Shown one piece after another: positions 15,596-26,288 of a stretch of 64,000 bases of DNA. Position 1 is the first letter of the stretch. Each line of letters begins with the position of its first letter. Where the stretch lies: assembly GCA_902541365.1 (NCBI GenBank), contig CACBQK010000003.1:6698-70697 (forward strand). The letters are read 5' to 3'. The notes under the pieces were generated by a model. It saw only the letters and a list, made by a program, of their open reading frames with translations, had not been told where the DNA came from and did not search any database. The stretch comes from an uncultured SAR86 cluster bacterium. GTDB taxonomy: Bacteria > Pseudomonadota > Gammaproteobacteria > Magnimaribacterales > D2472. A program made the translations under genes and the position numbers.

Positions 15596-16588
15596 CTAGA
15601 GAGTTTGTCCCTCAATGATCTTTGATAAACCTCCAAGGAGAACTAAATCACCATCTTTTAGGGTGCCTGATACATAAGCATAATTATTTTCAAAATGTAC
15701 AATTTGAACTAAATCTCTTTCAACCTTATTTAATCCGTCATTTGACAGTGTAAAGACTGACCAGAGGCCTTGTTCAGACTGTGATAATGAATTTATAGGA
15801 AGCCATATACCCTCTTCATTTTTTTTAATCTTTATTATCAAATCAATAACTGATCCGGGAATAAAAAAATCATTAAACTCAAAGATTGCCAATCTGCTAT
15901 TAGATCCACTTGCTGACATTGGAGCTAATCTCTTGAATTTACCAAAAACCTTTTTTTGACCTATCTCAAAAGCATAGTCATTTGATACTTCAAAATTAGT
16001 AATGAGATTTTCAGGAATAGAAACATGGGCTTCAACTTTATTAGCATCAAGTATTTCTAATATTGGATTACTTCCATTTATTACTGTTCCTTCATCAACA
16101 AATCTATTTTGGATAAAGCCATCATAAGGAGCTCTCAAAATGGTTTGAGATTTTTTCACTTCAAAAAACTTTACTTGAGATTTTGCTACTAAATATTCAG
16201 ATTTTGCTTCATCAAAGTCTTGAATTGAGATAAAACCTTTTTTTCTTAAATCCTCAAATCTATTTAAAACTTGATTGGCTAAATCTAATCTGGCAATTGC
16301 CTGCTCAAGATTTGCATTTACTTCGCTGTCATCTAGTTTCGCAAGAACATCATCTTTTTTTACTCTGTCTCCAATATCTACATAGATTGACAAAATTCTT
16401 CCGGTAATTTCAAAAGCTATCTTTGATTGCTGAAAAGGAAGAAGCTCGCCTGGAAGATTTTTAGAGATTTCATATGACTGACTAGTTTTTACTTCAAGCA
16501 CTTCAAGCTGCTTATCAGCATATAGTGAAAAAGACAGGGAAATCCCTATCAAAAAGATGGTTTTGCAAAAATGCTTATAAGTTGTCAT
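15596..16588 (-). CDS. RND efflux periplasmic adaptor (MFP)
   Basis: N-terminal signal/anchor, GRILSIYVDIGDRVKK lipoyl half-motif, LRAPYDG. Confidence 0.92.
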   Translation of the reverse strand: MTTYKHFCKTIFLIGISLSFSLYADKQLEVLEVKTSQSYEISKNLPGELLPFQQSKIAFEITGRILSIYVDIGDRVKKDDVLAKLDDSEVNANLEQAIARLDLANQVLNRFEDLRKKGFISIQDFDEAKSEYLVAKSQVKFFEVKKSQTILRAPYDGFIQNRFVDEGTVINGSNPILEILDANKVEAHVSIPENLITNFEVSNDYAFEIGQKKVFGKFKRLAPMSASGSNSRLAIFEFNDFFIPGSVIDLIIKIKKNEEGIWLPINSLSQSEQGLWSVFTLSNDGLNKVERDLVQIVHFENNYAYVSGTLKDGDLVLLGGLSKIIEGQTL

Positions 16589-16589
16589 A

Positions 16590-16641
16590 ATGTTAACGTT
16601 GTAAACATGGATTATATATTATAAGTTAACACTGTCAACAT
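16590..16641. promoter_or_regulatory. Two putative TetR operators overlapping divergent promoters
   Basis: ATGTTAAC-GTT-GTAAACAT (16590-16608) and AAGTTAAC-ACT-GTCAACAT (16623-16641); minus-strand TTGACA(16633-16638)-16 nt-TATAAT(16611-16616). Confidence 0.7.
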
Positions 16642-16642
16642 T

Positions 16643-17242
16643 ATGAATTCGGTAAATCATAAGTATCATCATGGTAATTTGAGGGATGAAATCCTTAGGG
16701 TTGCTTATGATTTTGTTTTAGTGAATGGATATGCAGCAATGAGCCTAAGAGGAATTGCTGATGAATGCAGTGTCTCTGCTACAGCAATCTATAGACACTA
16801 TAAAACAAAGGAGCATCTATTAGCTGACGTAGTTGCTAAAGGTTTTATTGAATTTAATACATTTGTAGAAGGAAGTGAGAACGCTGATATTTTTGAAAAG
16901 TGCGATAATTATCTAGAGTTTGCCTTTGATAATAAGAATATTTATGACCTTCTTTTTAGCCAATCAGTAGTTGAATTTCTAAAGTTCCCAAATATCTTGG
17001 AGGTTGCTGATAATGCTTTTCAGACCCTTTTAGAATCAGTAAAAGATCATGATAAAAGTCTTAATGATCTCAGTGCGTCTAACAAAGCGGTTCATATATG
17101 GTCTTTTTTACATGGAATAACAAGTATTTCAAAAAAAATGGATGTTGCCCTGGCCTTGCCCGATAGCGAAATGCCAATTCCAGTAAGATCTATTAAAAGA
17201 GCAAGAGATAACCTTAGACAATTTATTGAAGATTTATTTTGA
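16643..17242 (+). CDS. TetR/AcrR family transcriptional regulator
   Basis: YHHGNLR...SLRGIADECSVSATAIYRHY helix-turn-helix; WSFLHG (WHG-type) C-domain. Confidence 0.93.
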   Translation: MNSVNHKYHHGNLRDEILRVAYDFVLVNGYAAMSLRGIADECSVSATAIYRHYKTKEHLLADVVAKGFIEFNTFVEGSENADIFEKCDNYLEFAFDNKNIYDLLFSQSVVEFLKFPNILEVADNAFQTLLESVKDHDKSLNDLSASNKAVHIWSFLHGITSISKKMDVALALPDSEMPIPVRSIKRARDNLRQFIEDLF

Positions 17243-17790
17243 AAACTTCTAAAGTAAGAATAATTGGAGGTGTTTTGAAAGGAAATCATATTTCTTTTCC
17301 CTCCTCCTCCAAACTCAGGCCTACATCAAATAAGTTAAGAGAAATTCTTTTTAATTGGTTGAATTTTGAGATAGAGGGTCTTAAATGTGCAGACTGTTTT
17401 TCTGGATCTGGAGCGCTTGGCATAGAGGCAATATCTAGAGGAGCTAAATCAGTTACATTCATTGAAAAAACACCAAAGTTTGCTGCAAGTATCGAAGCCA
17501 ATCTTGGAAGGCTGAATATTTCTGAAAGATGCAAAATAGAAATCAAAAATGCTTTTGAGTGGTTAAAGAGTGCATGTCTGGAGGAATTAGATTTAATATT
17601 CTTTGATCCACCATTTTTTGATGAGAGAATTCAAGGTCTTCTTGCTTCTCTAGAATCTCTAAAAATAAAAAAAGGTACATTAATATATTTTGAAAAAAGT
17701 ACTTTTGATAAAATAGATATTCCTGATTCATTGAAGTTACTTAAATCGAAAAGCGTTGGAGATGCTGAGGGACTTTTATTAAAAAAATGA
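17239..17790 (+). CDS. rsmD: 16S rRNA m2G966 methyltransferase
   Basis: RIIGG, LRPT...REILFNWL, DCFSGSGALGIEAISRGA, FDPPF; TTG start. Confidence 0.95.
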   Translation: MKTSKVRIIGGVLKGNHISFPSSSKLRPTSNKLREILFNWLNFEIEGLKCADCFSGSGALGIEAISRGAKSVTFIEKTPKFAASIEANLGRLNISERCKIEIKNAFEWLKSACLEELDLIFFDPPFFDERIQGLLASLESLKIKKGTLIYFEKSTFDKIDIPDSLKLLKSKSVGDAEGLLLKK

Positions 17791-18656
17791 CAATCAAAAT
17801 TGGATCAAGAACTTCAAAGCTTGCTTTAAAACAGGTAGAAATAGCCATGAATAGAATCGGAGTACCTGGTTTTGAAATTGTAGGTGTAGATACTGCTGGA
17901 GATAAGAGAAGTAGAGAAAATAAAGTTCAGTTTGATAAAAAAAACTTTGTTGAGGATATAGATGATCTGCTTGCGGACAGAAAAATAGATATCGCGATTC
18001 ATTCTGCAAAAGATATGCCAGCTGTCTCAAATCTTTCAGATCTTGATGAAATATATATATCTAATGACTTAGCCCAAAGAGATGAAAAATATAACTCCCG
18101 AAATGACATCCTCATATTCAGAAAGAATGAAGACCCAGTATTTGAAAAAAATATGAAAATAGGCACTTCAAGCTTAAGGCGTAAGTTGCAATCTAAATTC
18201 TTCTTAGAAGCTACAAAAATAGTTAATCTTAATGGGAATGTTGATACTCGAGTAAAAAAATTAAATGATGGTGAATATGATTGCATTATTCTTGCAAAGG
18301 CTGGATGTGAGAGGCTTGAGCTTGATCTAAATTATTCAGAGCTTAATCACCTTACAAATATTTCTCAAGGATCAATCTGTTTACGCTTTAATAAGAAAAG
18401 AGAGGACATCCTTAATCTATTAGAGCCCTTCAGTGATGATGAAATGAAAAGAAAGATTGATGAGTGTAATAATTTTCTTAATCTTATTAAAGCAGACTGC
18501 AATTCAGCAGTTGCAGTAGATTATAAGGATGAAGTTTTGCAAGCAGAGGTGTATGGTAAGAATGAATATATTAAGTTCTCTGCACTTGATGCAGATGAAG
18601 CCTTTATACGCTTTATGGAGTTAGATGGTTTAAGGTTGCTGAATGAACATAGTTGA
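17787..18656 (+). CDS. hemC: Hydroxymethylbilane synthase (diverged)
   Basis: IGSRTSKLALKQ, HSAKDMP, GTSSLRR, GNVDTR, cofactor Cys in ADCNSAV. Confidence 0.9.
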   Translation: MTIKIGSRTSKLALKQVEIAMNRIGVPGFEIVGVDTAGDKRSRENKVQFDKKNFVEDIDDLLADRKIDIAIHSAKDMPAVSNLSDLDEIYISNDLAQRDEKYNSRNDILIFRKNEDPVFEKNMKIGTSSLRRKLQSKFFLEATKIVNLNGNVDTRVKKLNDGEYDCIILAKAGCERLELDLNYSELNHLTNISQGSICLRFNKKREDILNLLEPFSDDEMKRKIDECNNFLNLIKADCNSAVAVDYKDEVLQAEVYGKNEYIKFSALDADEAFIRFMELDGLRLLNEHS

Positions 18657-19296
18657 TACAAGAGCAAGGAATACTTTTAATTTTGTTAAAAGAAAGAATA
18701 TAAAAAATATTCCCCTTTTTGAGCTTTCTTTTTTAGATCACTCAATAGATATTTCTGACTATTCAGATGTTATATTCCAAAGCACGCCTTCTGTTGAGTT
18801 TTTTAATCATCATAAGGATTTAATAGATAAAAATGTCTTTGCAATGGGACCAGGAACACAATCCTCTTTGGGTGCAAAAGGGATTTCTTCAAAAATACCT
18901 GAAGATCCTGGATCTGAGAGTCTCAAAAAACTAATTAAGAGTAGTATTGGTTCCGGGAAGTTCTTAATTGTTAAAGGTCAAGGCGGCTTAAATATTATTT
19001 CTGATTATCTTGAAGCTGAGGGAGCTGAGGTTGACACTGTTCAGAATTATCAACGAGTAAGATTTTCATCTTATTCCAATCTAAGTAAAGACTTTGATAA
19101 TGCAGATTTTGTAATCTTTCCAAGCAGACTGGCTGCTGAGATATATTTCCAAGAAATCTACAATCCAGATATAAACAGTAAATTTGTAACTATCTCATCA
19201 AGGATTAGGGATTATGTCGACTCTTTGGGCTTTGAGAACTCCCAGCTGGATTATTTTGCTGATAACTTTGAGTCTGAAATATTAAATCTTATTTAG
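18643..19296 (+). CDS. hemD: Uroporphyrinogen-III synthase
   Basis: [20 protein letters not shown]...L, YQR motifs; overlaps hemC. Confidence 0.8.
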   Translation: MNIVDTRARNTFNFVKRKNIKNIPLFELSFLDHSIDISDYSDVIFQSTPSVEFFNHHKDLIDKNVFAMGPGTQSSLGAKGISSKIPEDPGSESLKKLIKSSIGSGKFLIVKGQGGLNIISDYLEAEGAEVDTVQNYQRVRFSSYSNLSKDFDNADFVIFPSRLAAEIYFQEIYNPDINSKFVTISSRIRDYVDSLGFENSQLDYFADNFESEILNLI

Positions 19297-20569
19297 ATTT
19301 CTTTTTTCCATTTCCATTTTTCATAGAATCAAAGAACTCAGAGTTGGTTTTAAATGATTTTAGTCTATCAATTAAAAATTCTATTCCTTGAGAATCTTCC
19401 ATAGGATCTGTTACTTTTCTAACAGCCCACATGAGTCTTAACTCTTCTTCAGAAGTTAGGAGATCTTCTCTTCTTGTTCCAGATCTTCTTACATTGATAG
19501 CAGGATAAATTCTCTTTTCAGCAATCTTTCTTTCAAGATGGATTTCCATATTTCCCGTGCCTTTAAATTCTTCATAGATAACTTCATCCATTTTAGAACC
19601 TGTATCTACTAAGGCTGTAGCTAAAATTGTTAAACTTCCACCTTCTTCTAAATTTCTTGCAGCACCAAAGAATCTTTTTGGTCTTTCAAGAGCATTTGAA
19701 TCAACACCACCACTCAAAATTTTTCCTGAGGCAGGCTGAACAGAATTATAAGCTCTTCCAAGTCGAGTAATAGAATCAAGAAGAATTACAACATCCTGCT
19801 TATGCTCAACTAATCTTTTTGCTTTTTCAATAACCATATCAGCCACTTGCACATGTCTTGAAGGCGGCTCATCAAAAGTACTTGCAATTACTTGACCCCT
19901 TACAGTTCTTGTCATCTCTGTAACTTCTTCAGGTCTTTCATCTATTAAAAGAACTATCAGCTTGGTTTCAGGATTGTTACTAGTAATTGAATGCGCAATA
20001 CTTTGCAGCATCAATGTCTTACCAGCTTTTGGAGGTGAAACTATTAAACCTCTCTGTCCTTTACCAACGGGAGCTATTAAATCTATTATTCTTGCAGATA
20101 AATCTTCATTAGAACCACTACCTTGCTCAAGAACTAATCTTTCATTAGGAAATAATGGAGTAAGATTTTCAAATAGTATTTTCTTTTTGGCGTTTTCAGG
20201 AGTCTCGCCATTAATTGTCTCAACCTGAACGAGAGCAGTATATTTTTCTTTATCCTTAGGAGGTCTTATTTTCCCCTGAATCTCATCACCCTTTCGAAGA
20301 CTAAACTTTCTTATTTGACTTGGTGAGATATAAATATCATCCGGTCCAGCACAATATGAGCCTTCTGCTGACCTTAAAAAGCCAAAACCATCATTTAAGA
20401 TTTCTAGTACTCCGCCACCGAATATATCAATCCCATCATCAGCTTGTTTTTTTAGAATTTGGAAAATGATATCTTGCTTTTTGAGTCTGCCTACATCTTC
20501 TAAGCCTAGCTTTTCAGCTATCTCAACAAGCTCGGTAATCGTTTTAGTTTTTACTTCACTTAAGTTCAT
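19289..20569 (-). CDS. rho: Transcription termination factor Rho
   Basis: [40 protein letters not shown]. Confidence 0.99.
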   Translation of the reverse strand: MNLSEVKTKTITELVEIAEKLGLEDVGRLKKQDIIFQILKKQADDGIDIFGGGVLEILNDGFGFLRSAEGSYCAGPDDIYISPSQIRKFSLRKGDEIQGKIRPPKDKEKYTALVQVETINGETPENAKKKILFENLTPLFPNERLVLEQGSGSNEDLSARIIDLIAPVGKGQRGLIVSPPKAGKTLMLQSIAHSITSNNPETKLIVLLIDERPEEVTEMTRTVRGQVIASTFDEPPSRHVQVADMVIEKAKRLVEHKQDVVILLDSITRLGRAYNSVQPASGKILSGGVDSNALERPKRFFGAARNLEEGGSLTILATALVDTGSKMDEVIYEEFKGTGNMEIHLERKIAEKRIYPAINVRRSGTRREDLLTSEEELRLMWAVRKVTDPMEDSQGIEFLIDRLKSFKTNSEFFDSMKNGNGKKKSK

Positions 20570-20634
20570 TAGTTATATCGAAAAATTCCTCTGAAAATTT
20601 GAATTGATATCAAAAAGATATCTAAGAAGGTTTG

Positions 20635-20663
20635 ATAATATAAGTTTTTTTGGTATTTTGCAA
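20635..20663 (-). promoter_or_regulatory. Putative sigma70 promoter of rho
   Basis: Minus strand TTGCAA-17 nt-TATTAT in the trxA-rho gap. Confidence 0.55.
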
Positions 20664-20670
20664 AAAAAAT

Positions 20671-20994
20671 CTATATTTCTGTATCTATAAATTCTCCTAA
20701 TTGTTCTTGAGTTAGAGCTCCTACTTGAACTCCTGAAACTTCACCTGATTTAAAAATTATTAAGGAAGGAATAGATCTAATACCATATTGAACAGCAAGA
20801 TCTCTATGCTCTTCAATATCAACTTTGCAAACTTTTATTTGCTCGCCATATTGTTGCGCTGCCTCTTCTACTCTTGGAGCCAGCTGCTTGCATGGACCAC
20901 ACCATTCAGCCCAAAAATCTACTAATACTGGAACATCTGAACTTAAAACTTCTTTTTCAAATGTTTCTGTTGTTACTTCTTTTACATTACTCAT
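20671..20994 (-). CDS. trxA: Thioredoxin
   Basis: DFWAEWCGPCK; conserved trxA-rho order. Confidence 0.97.
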   Translation of the reverse strand: MSNVKEVTTETFEKEVLSSDVPVLVDFWAEWCGPCKQLAPRVEEAAQQYGEQIKVCKVDIEEHRDLAVQYGIRSIPSLIIFKSGEVSGVQVGALTQEQLGEFIDTEI

Positions 20995-21983
20995 AAATTA
21001 AATTCCTTTATTAAATCTTTAGCGAAATATGTAAGAACTGCATCTGCACCAGCTCTTTTGAAGCTTGTTAAAGATTCTATTATAACACCTTTATCAAGCC
21101 ATCCTTTATTAACTGATTCCATTATCATTGCATACTCTCCGCTTACCTGGTATGCAAAAGTTGGAACCTTAAATTCTTCTTTAATTTTAGAGATAATATC
21201 TAAATAAGGCATGCCTGGCTTTACCATTACGATATCAGCACCCTCTTCAATGTCCATAGCAACCTCGTTAAGGGCTTCAAGTGAATTTGCAGGATTCATC
21301 TGATAAGAAGATTTATCAGAAGTACCTAGATTGTTTTTAGAATTAACAGCATCTCTAAAGGGCCCATAGAATTTTGAATTATATTTTGCTGCATATGACA
21401 AAATTATTTTGTCTTCAAAGTTATTTTCATCTAATTTTTTTCTAATAACTCCGATGCGTCCATCCATCATGTCTGAAGGAGCAATAATATCTGCACCAGC
21501 TTCTGCTAGAACAAGAGATTGCTCTGTGAGAACCTCTAGTGTTTGATCATTTAAGATCTCATCATTCTCCAAAATTCCATCATGGCCATGATCTGTATAA
21601 GGATCTAAGGCAACATCAGCAATGACTAACATCTCAGGAAATTTAGATTTAATAGAACCTAATACTCTTGAAATAAAATTATCTCTTTTTATGGCTTCGG
21701 TACCTTTAGAGTCTTTTTTTAAAGGATCTATAACAGGAAATATAGCTATTGCTCTTATTCCCAGTTGGTTAATTTCTTCAATCTCTTTTAAAACAGAGTC
21801 TTCACCAAATCTAAAGATACCAGGCATTGATTCTATAGGCTCTTTATCGCTTAAACCTTCTTTTACAAATACAGGTTGGATTAGATCATTTTTAGTCACC
21901 GCGCATTCGCTGGTCAAATCAATTATGGATTCTGACTGCCTTAATCTTCGTAATCTAGTTGACGGATATTTCCTTGAAATCAT
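20991..21983 (-). CDS. hemB: Porphobilinogen synthase, Asp-rich (zinc-independent) type
   Basis: RLRRLR, DVALDPYTDHGHDG, APSDMMDGR, FYGPFRDA, MVKPG, AYQVSGEY. Confidence 0.97.
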   Translation of the reverse strand: MISRKYPSTRLRRLRQSESIIDLTSECAVTKNDLIQPVFVKEGLSDKEPIESMPGIFRFGEDSVLKEIEEINQLGIRAIAIFPVIDPLKKDSKGTEAIKRDNFISRVLGSIKSKFPEMLVIADVALDPYTDHGHDGILENDEILNDQTLEVLTEQSLVLAEAGADIIAPSDMMDGRIGVIRKKLDENNFEDKIILSYAAKYNSKFYGPFRDAVNSKNNLGTSDKSSYQMNPANSLEALNEVAMDIEEGADIVMVKPGMPYLDIISKIKEEFKVPTFAYQVSGEYAMIMESVNKGWLDKGVIIESLTSFKRAGADAVLTYFAKDLIKEFNL

Positions 21984-21986
21984 AAA

Positions 21987-23648
21987 TTAATCAGTAATAG
22001 CTCCTAAGGATGCAGATTGTACACTTTTTGAGTATTTTGATAAGACACCTTTTTTAGGAAGCTCTTTATTTGGTTTAAAGTTATCTAATCTTTTTTGGAG
22101 CTCCTCATCAGATATATCGATAGAAATTGAGTTTGTCTCAGCATCTATTGTTATTTTGTCTTCATTTTCAATGACTCCGATGGGTCCGCCAACATATGCT
22201 TCTGGAGAAATATGTCCAACAACAAAACCATGAGTTCCGCCAGAAAATCTTCCATCAGTAATAAATGCGACTTTATCGCCTAAGCCTTGTCCCATTATTG
22301 CAGAAGTAGGTTTTAACATTTCTCTCATACCAGGGCCTCCTTTTGGTCCCTCATATCTAATAACAACTACATCTCCCTCATTAATTAGGTTATTTTGAAT
22401 TGCCTCATTTCCATCTTCTTCAGAGTCAAATACTTTTGCCGTGCCAGTGAATTTTAGCCCTTCATTTCCTGTAATCTTAGCTACTGCTCCTTCAGGAGCT
22501 AAGTTGCCATAAAGAATACGCAAATGACTACTGCTTTTAATTGGATTTGATATTTCTCTAATAATTGTCTGATTATCTGGATATGGATCAACTTCTGAAA
22601 GATTTTCTGAAATAGTTTTTCCTGAAACTGTTAAACAGTCGCCATGAAGTAAGTCTACATCGAGTAACATTTTCATGAGTGGCTGAATGCCGCCAACTTT
22701 ATTCAGTGAGGACATATAATTCTCACCGAATGGTTTAATATCAGCTACTACAGGCACTCTTTTACCTATTCTTGTAAAGTCATCTAAATCTAAATCAACA
22801 TTGATAGCATGCGCCATAGCAATAAGATGAAGTACTGCATTGGTTGATCCTCCAAGCGCAATAACTACTGTGATTGCATTTTCGAATGCTTCCTTGGTCA
22901 TAATGTCAGAGGGTTTAATATCTTTTTCAAGGAGATTCTCAATTGCACTCCCTGTATTTATACAATCATTCTTTTTATCATCAGAAACTGCATCCTGACT
23001 ACTGCTTCCAGGAAGAGACATTCCAAGAGCTTCAATTGCAGACGCCATCGTATTAGCTGTATACATTCCTCCACATGATCCAGGCCCCACAACTGAAACC
23101 TTTTCAACAGAGATTAATTCCTCTTCAGAGATTGAGCCTTTTGAGAACTCTCCAGTTTTTTCACAAACAGTCACATAATCAGTATTCTGCTCACTTGGTC
23201 TAATAGAGCCGCCATAAATAAATAAAGATGGTCTATTAAGTCTGGCCAAACCAATAATTACACCTGGCATATTTTTGTCGCAGCCCCCAATACCTACTAC
23301 TCCATCATAGCCCAAACAACCTACAACTGTTTCTATAGAGTCAGCTATGACTTCTCTTGAAACGAGAGAATATTTCATCCCCTCCGTACCCATAGAAATG
23401 CCATCAGAGACAGTAATTGTGTTAAATGTTACAGCCTTACATCCTGAATTATTGACTGACTCTTCAACAATTTCTGCAAGGGAGTTTAGGTGTATATTGC
23501 ATGGAGTTACACTTGCCCCGAGCGAAGCAATTCCAACAATAGATTTTTCAAAATCCTCATCCTTAAATCCTGCACCACGCAACATTGATCTTGATGCCGC
23601 CTGCTGGGGACCGTCATGCAATATTTTTGAATACTTCCTATTTGGCAT
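21987..23648 (-). CDS. ilvD: Dihydroxy-acid dehydratase
   Basis: [40 protein letters not shown]. Confidence 0.97.
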   Translation of the reverse strand: MPNRKYSKILHDGPQQAASRSMLRGAGFKDEDFEKSIVGIASLGASVTPCNIHLNSLAEIVEESVNNSGCKAVTFNTITVSDGISMGTEGMKYSLVSREVIADSIETVVGCLGYDGVVGIGGCDKNMPGVIIGLARLNRPSLFIYGGSIRPSEQNTDYVTVCEKTGEFSKGSISEEELISVEKVSVVGPGSCGGMYTANTMASAIEALGMSLPGSSSQDAVSDDKKNDCINTGSAIENLLEKDIKPSDIMTKEAFENAITVVIALGGSTNAVLHLIAMAHAINVDLDLDDFTRIGKRVPVVADIKPFGENYMSSLNKVGGIQPLMKMLLDVDLLHGDCLTVSGKTISENLSEVDPYPDNQTIIREISNPIKSSSHLRILYGNLAPEGAVAKITGNEGLKFTGTAKVFDSEEDGNEAIQNNLINEGDVVVIRYEGPKGGPGMREMLKPTSAIMGQGLGDKVAFITDGRFSGGTHGFVVGHISPEAYVGGPIGVIENEDKITIDAETNSISIDISDEELQKRLDNFKPNKELPKKGVLSKYSKSVQSASLGAITD

Positions 23649-23649
23649 C

Positions 23650-25248
23650 TTAATTTGATGAGTATTTAAGAGCTGCTCTTAAAAGTTTTTGAGTATATTC
23701 CTGTTGAGGATTTTCAAAAACCTCATCAGCTTTACCATACTCTACTAACTTTCCCTCACTCATAACAAAAATCTGATCGCACATAGATCTTATTACTTTG
23801 AGATCATGGCTAATAAATAAATATGTTAATTCATATTTGTCTTGTAATCTTTTTAAAACGTCTATCACTTGAATCTGAATGGATCTATCAAGCGCTGATG
23901 TTGGCTCATCAAGGATCATGAATTTCGGGTTTAAGATTATCGATCTAGCAATTGCGATTCTTTGTCTTTGACCACCAGAAAATTCATGTGGATATTTAAA
24001 AATTAGGCTGTCATCTAATCCAACATCTTTCATCACATTTGATATTTTTTCTATCTTTTCTTCATTGGAAAAATCAAAATGTATATCCAAGCCCTCTCCT
24101 ATTATTTCACCAACTGTCATTCTTGGTGACAGCGATCCATAAGGATCTTGAAAAACTATTTGAATATCTTTTTTTAATAATTTCTTTTCAGCTGATCTAA
24201 GATCTTTAATTGATTTACCATTAAATTTAATTGATCCTTCAAAATCAAGAAGATTTATAATCGCTTTTCCTAGTGTTGATTTACCAGAACCTGACTCTCC
24301 AACCACGCCAACTGTTGAATTTCTTGGAATTTTTAAAGAAATATCAGAAACCGCACAAAATCTATCAGTTTTAAATAGCTTTTTTGATGGTATTTTATAA
24401 AAAACACTTAGGTTTGAAATATCTAAAATATTATCCTCTGAAACAAGTAAATGATCTTTTTCTCTAGGCTCTGATTTTAAAAGCTTGATGGTGTATTCAT
24501 GTTTTGGATTAGAGAAAATTTCCGTTGTTACACCTTGTTCAACAATTTTCCCTTCTTTCATAACACAAACTCTGTCACTAAACTTCTCAACTAGTCCTAA
24601 ATCATGGGTAATAAATAGAATTGACATTCCAAGCTTCTCTTTAAGCCTATTCATTAAATCAAGAATCTGGGCTTGAATAGTTACATCCAAAGCTGTTGTT
24701 GGTTCGTCAGCAATAAGAAGCTCAGGTTCATTAATAAGTGACATTGCAATCATTATCCTTTGACGCTGTCCTCCAGAGAGTTCGTGAGGATAGGATTTAT
24801 ATCTTCTTTCTAGATCAGGAATCTCAACAAGTTGCATCAACTCTTTTGCTTTATTTTCTGCATCTTTTTTTGAAATATCTTCATGACTTAAAATGGATTC
24901 GGTAATTTAATTACCGACTCTGTGATAGGGGTTGAGTGATGTCATTGGTTCCTGGAAAATCATAGATATTTTCTTTCCGCGAATTGATTGAAGTTGTTTG
25001 TTGGACATTTCCAATATTTCAGAATGATTAAATTTAATTGATGAATCCTTACTAAAAATTGTTTTACCCTCTGGCAAAAGTTGTAATATCGACATCGCTG
25101 AGACTGACTTTCCAGATCCAGATTCTCCAACCAAAGCCATAGTCTCATTTTTATTTATTTCAAAAGAAGCATCTTCTACAGCTGTGAAAATAGAATCTCT
25201 TACTTTAAAACCAACGGTAAGATTTTTTACTTCTAATAAATTACTCAT
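23650..25248 (-). pseudogene. Double-domain oligopeptide/microcin ABC ATPase (YejF-like) interrupted by an in-frame TAA
   Basis: Track ORFs 24907-25248 and 23650-24840 are in one frame; read-through gives ...RVGN*ITESILSHEDISKKDAENKAKELMQL..., with the stop at the conserved Q of VGxQIxE. Confidence 0.8.
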
Positions 25249-26279
25249 AAGTTTCTTTTAATCTCTCTAAAAATATCTATTGTTGCTAATTTAGCAGTTT
25301 TTAATCTAGTTATATTGATGAAGCTGTGGAATAAACTTGGATAATGAATTTGCTTTACATTTTTTCCCATATCATTCAATTTTGCTGCATATGCTTCTGC
25401 CTCATCACACAGCGGATCAAAACCGGCGGTAATTATAACTGTTTTGGTATCAAATTTATTATTATTATCAATTTTCAGCAGATCAAATCTTGAATCTAAA
25501 TTATTCGCTTCCTCTGCGGTGATATAGTGCCAAAACCACTTCATCTGCTCTTTTGTCAGCAAGAAATTCTCTCCAAGCCTCTCTAGAGATGGAAAATCTA
25601 ATGATGGAGACACCATTGGATATATTAAGACCTGCAAGAAGGGAAGTTCTTTATCTTTTAGACTACGATCATGAAGTAATGATGCAGCTAAGTGACCTCC
25701 GGCACTATCACCGCAGATAATTATTTGTTCTTTGCTGTATCCATGCCTTCTCAACCACTCAAAGGCAATGTTGGCTTCCTGAAGAGCTTTTGGGAATTTA
25801 TTCTCTGGAGAGAGGCTATACTCCAATGAAAAAATTTTTGTATTTAGCTCTTCACACATAAAGGATACAACTGGATCATATACATCTATGTTGGATATTG
25901 CATAACCTCCTCCATGAAAGAACAAAACACATTTATCAGACATTTCTGAGTCAAGCGAATACTGTCTTAGGACTAAGTTATTCTTTTGATCAATAATAAG
26001 ATCTTCTTTTTGTATTATTTTTTTTTGGGCAGCATTATTATTTATCTTAATCCTTAAATTAGCCATTTTTTTACGCATATCATCGGAAAAATTAGACATA
26101 TCTAAGACATATCCAAATTTTGTAGAGAACCAAGATATTAAAGAGATATAAATCATAGATTGATAATCAAAAACCTCATTTTTATAACTAATCTCCTTTC
26201 TAAGTGTTAGTATTTTTAGAGCCCAGTTAGGTAAAATAAAGAAAATACTTAAGAGAGAGTTAATTAAAAAATGTTTCAT
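25245..26279 (-). CDS. Alpha/beta hydrolase, HSL-family esterase/lipase
   Basis: FFHGGG, YSLSPE, GDSAGG, FDPLCDE, His in LFHSF. Confidence 0.92.
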   Translation of the reverse strand: MKHFLINSLLSIFFILPNWALKILTLRKEISYKNEVFDYQSMIYISLISWFSTKFGYVLDMSNFSDDMRKKMANLRIKINNNAAQKKIIQKEDLIIDQKNNLVLRQYSLDSEMSDKCVLFFHGGGYAISNIDVYDPVVSFMCEELNTKIFSLEYSLSPENKFPKALQEANIAFEWLRRHGYSKEQIIICGDSAGGHLAASLLHDRSLKDKELPFLQVLIYPMVSPSLDFPSLERLGENFLLTKEQMKWFWHYITAEEANNLDSRFDLLKIDNNNKFDTKTVIITAGFDPLCDEAEAYAAKLNDMGKNVKQIHYPSLFHSFINITRLKTAKLATIDIFREIKRNL

Positions 26280-26288
26280 TTTATTCTG

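Noticed and set aside
17787-18656. hemC as a pseudogene because of strong divergence
   Set aside because: The frame is intact and the catalytic Asp (KD), Arg motifs and cofactor Cys are retained.
24907-24909. Stop-codon reassignment or programmed read-through of TAA
   Set aside because: TAA terminates many other genes in the window normally; a single case fits a mutation or error better.
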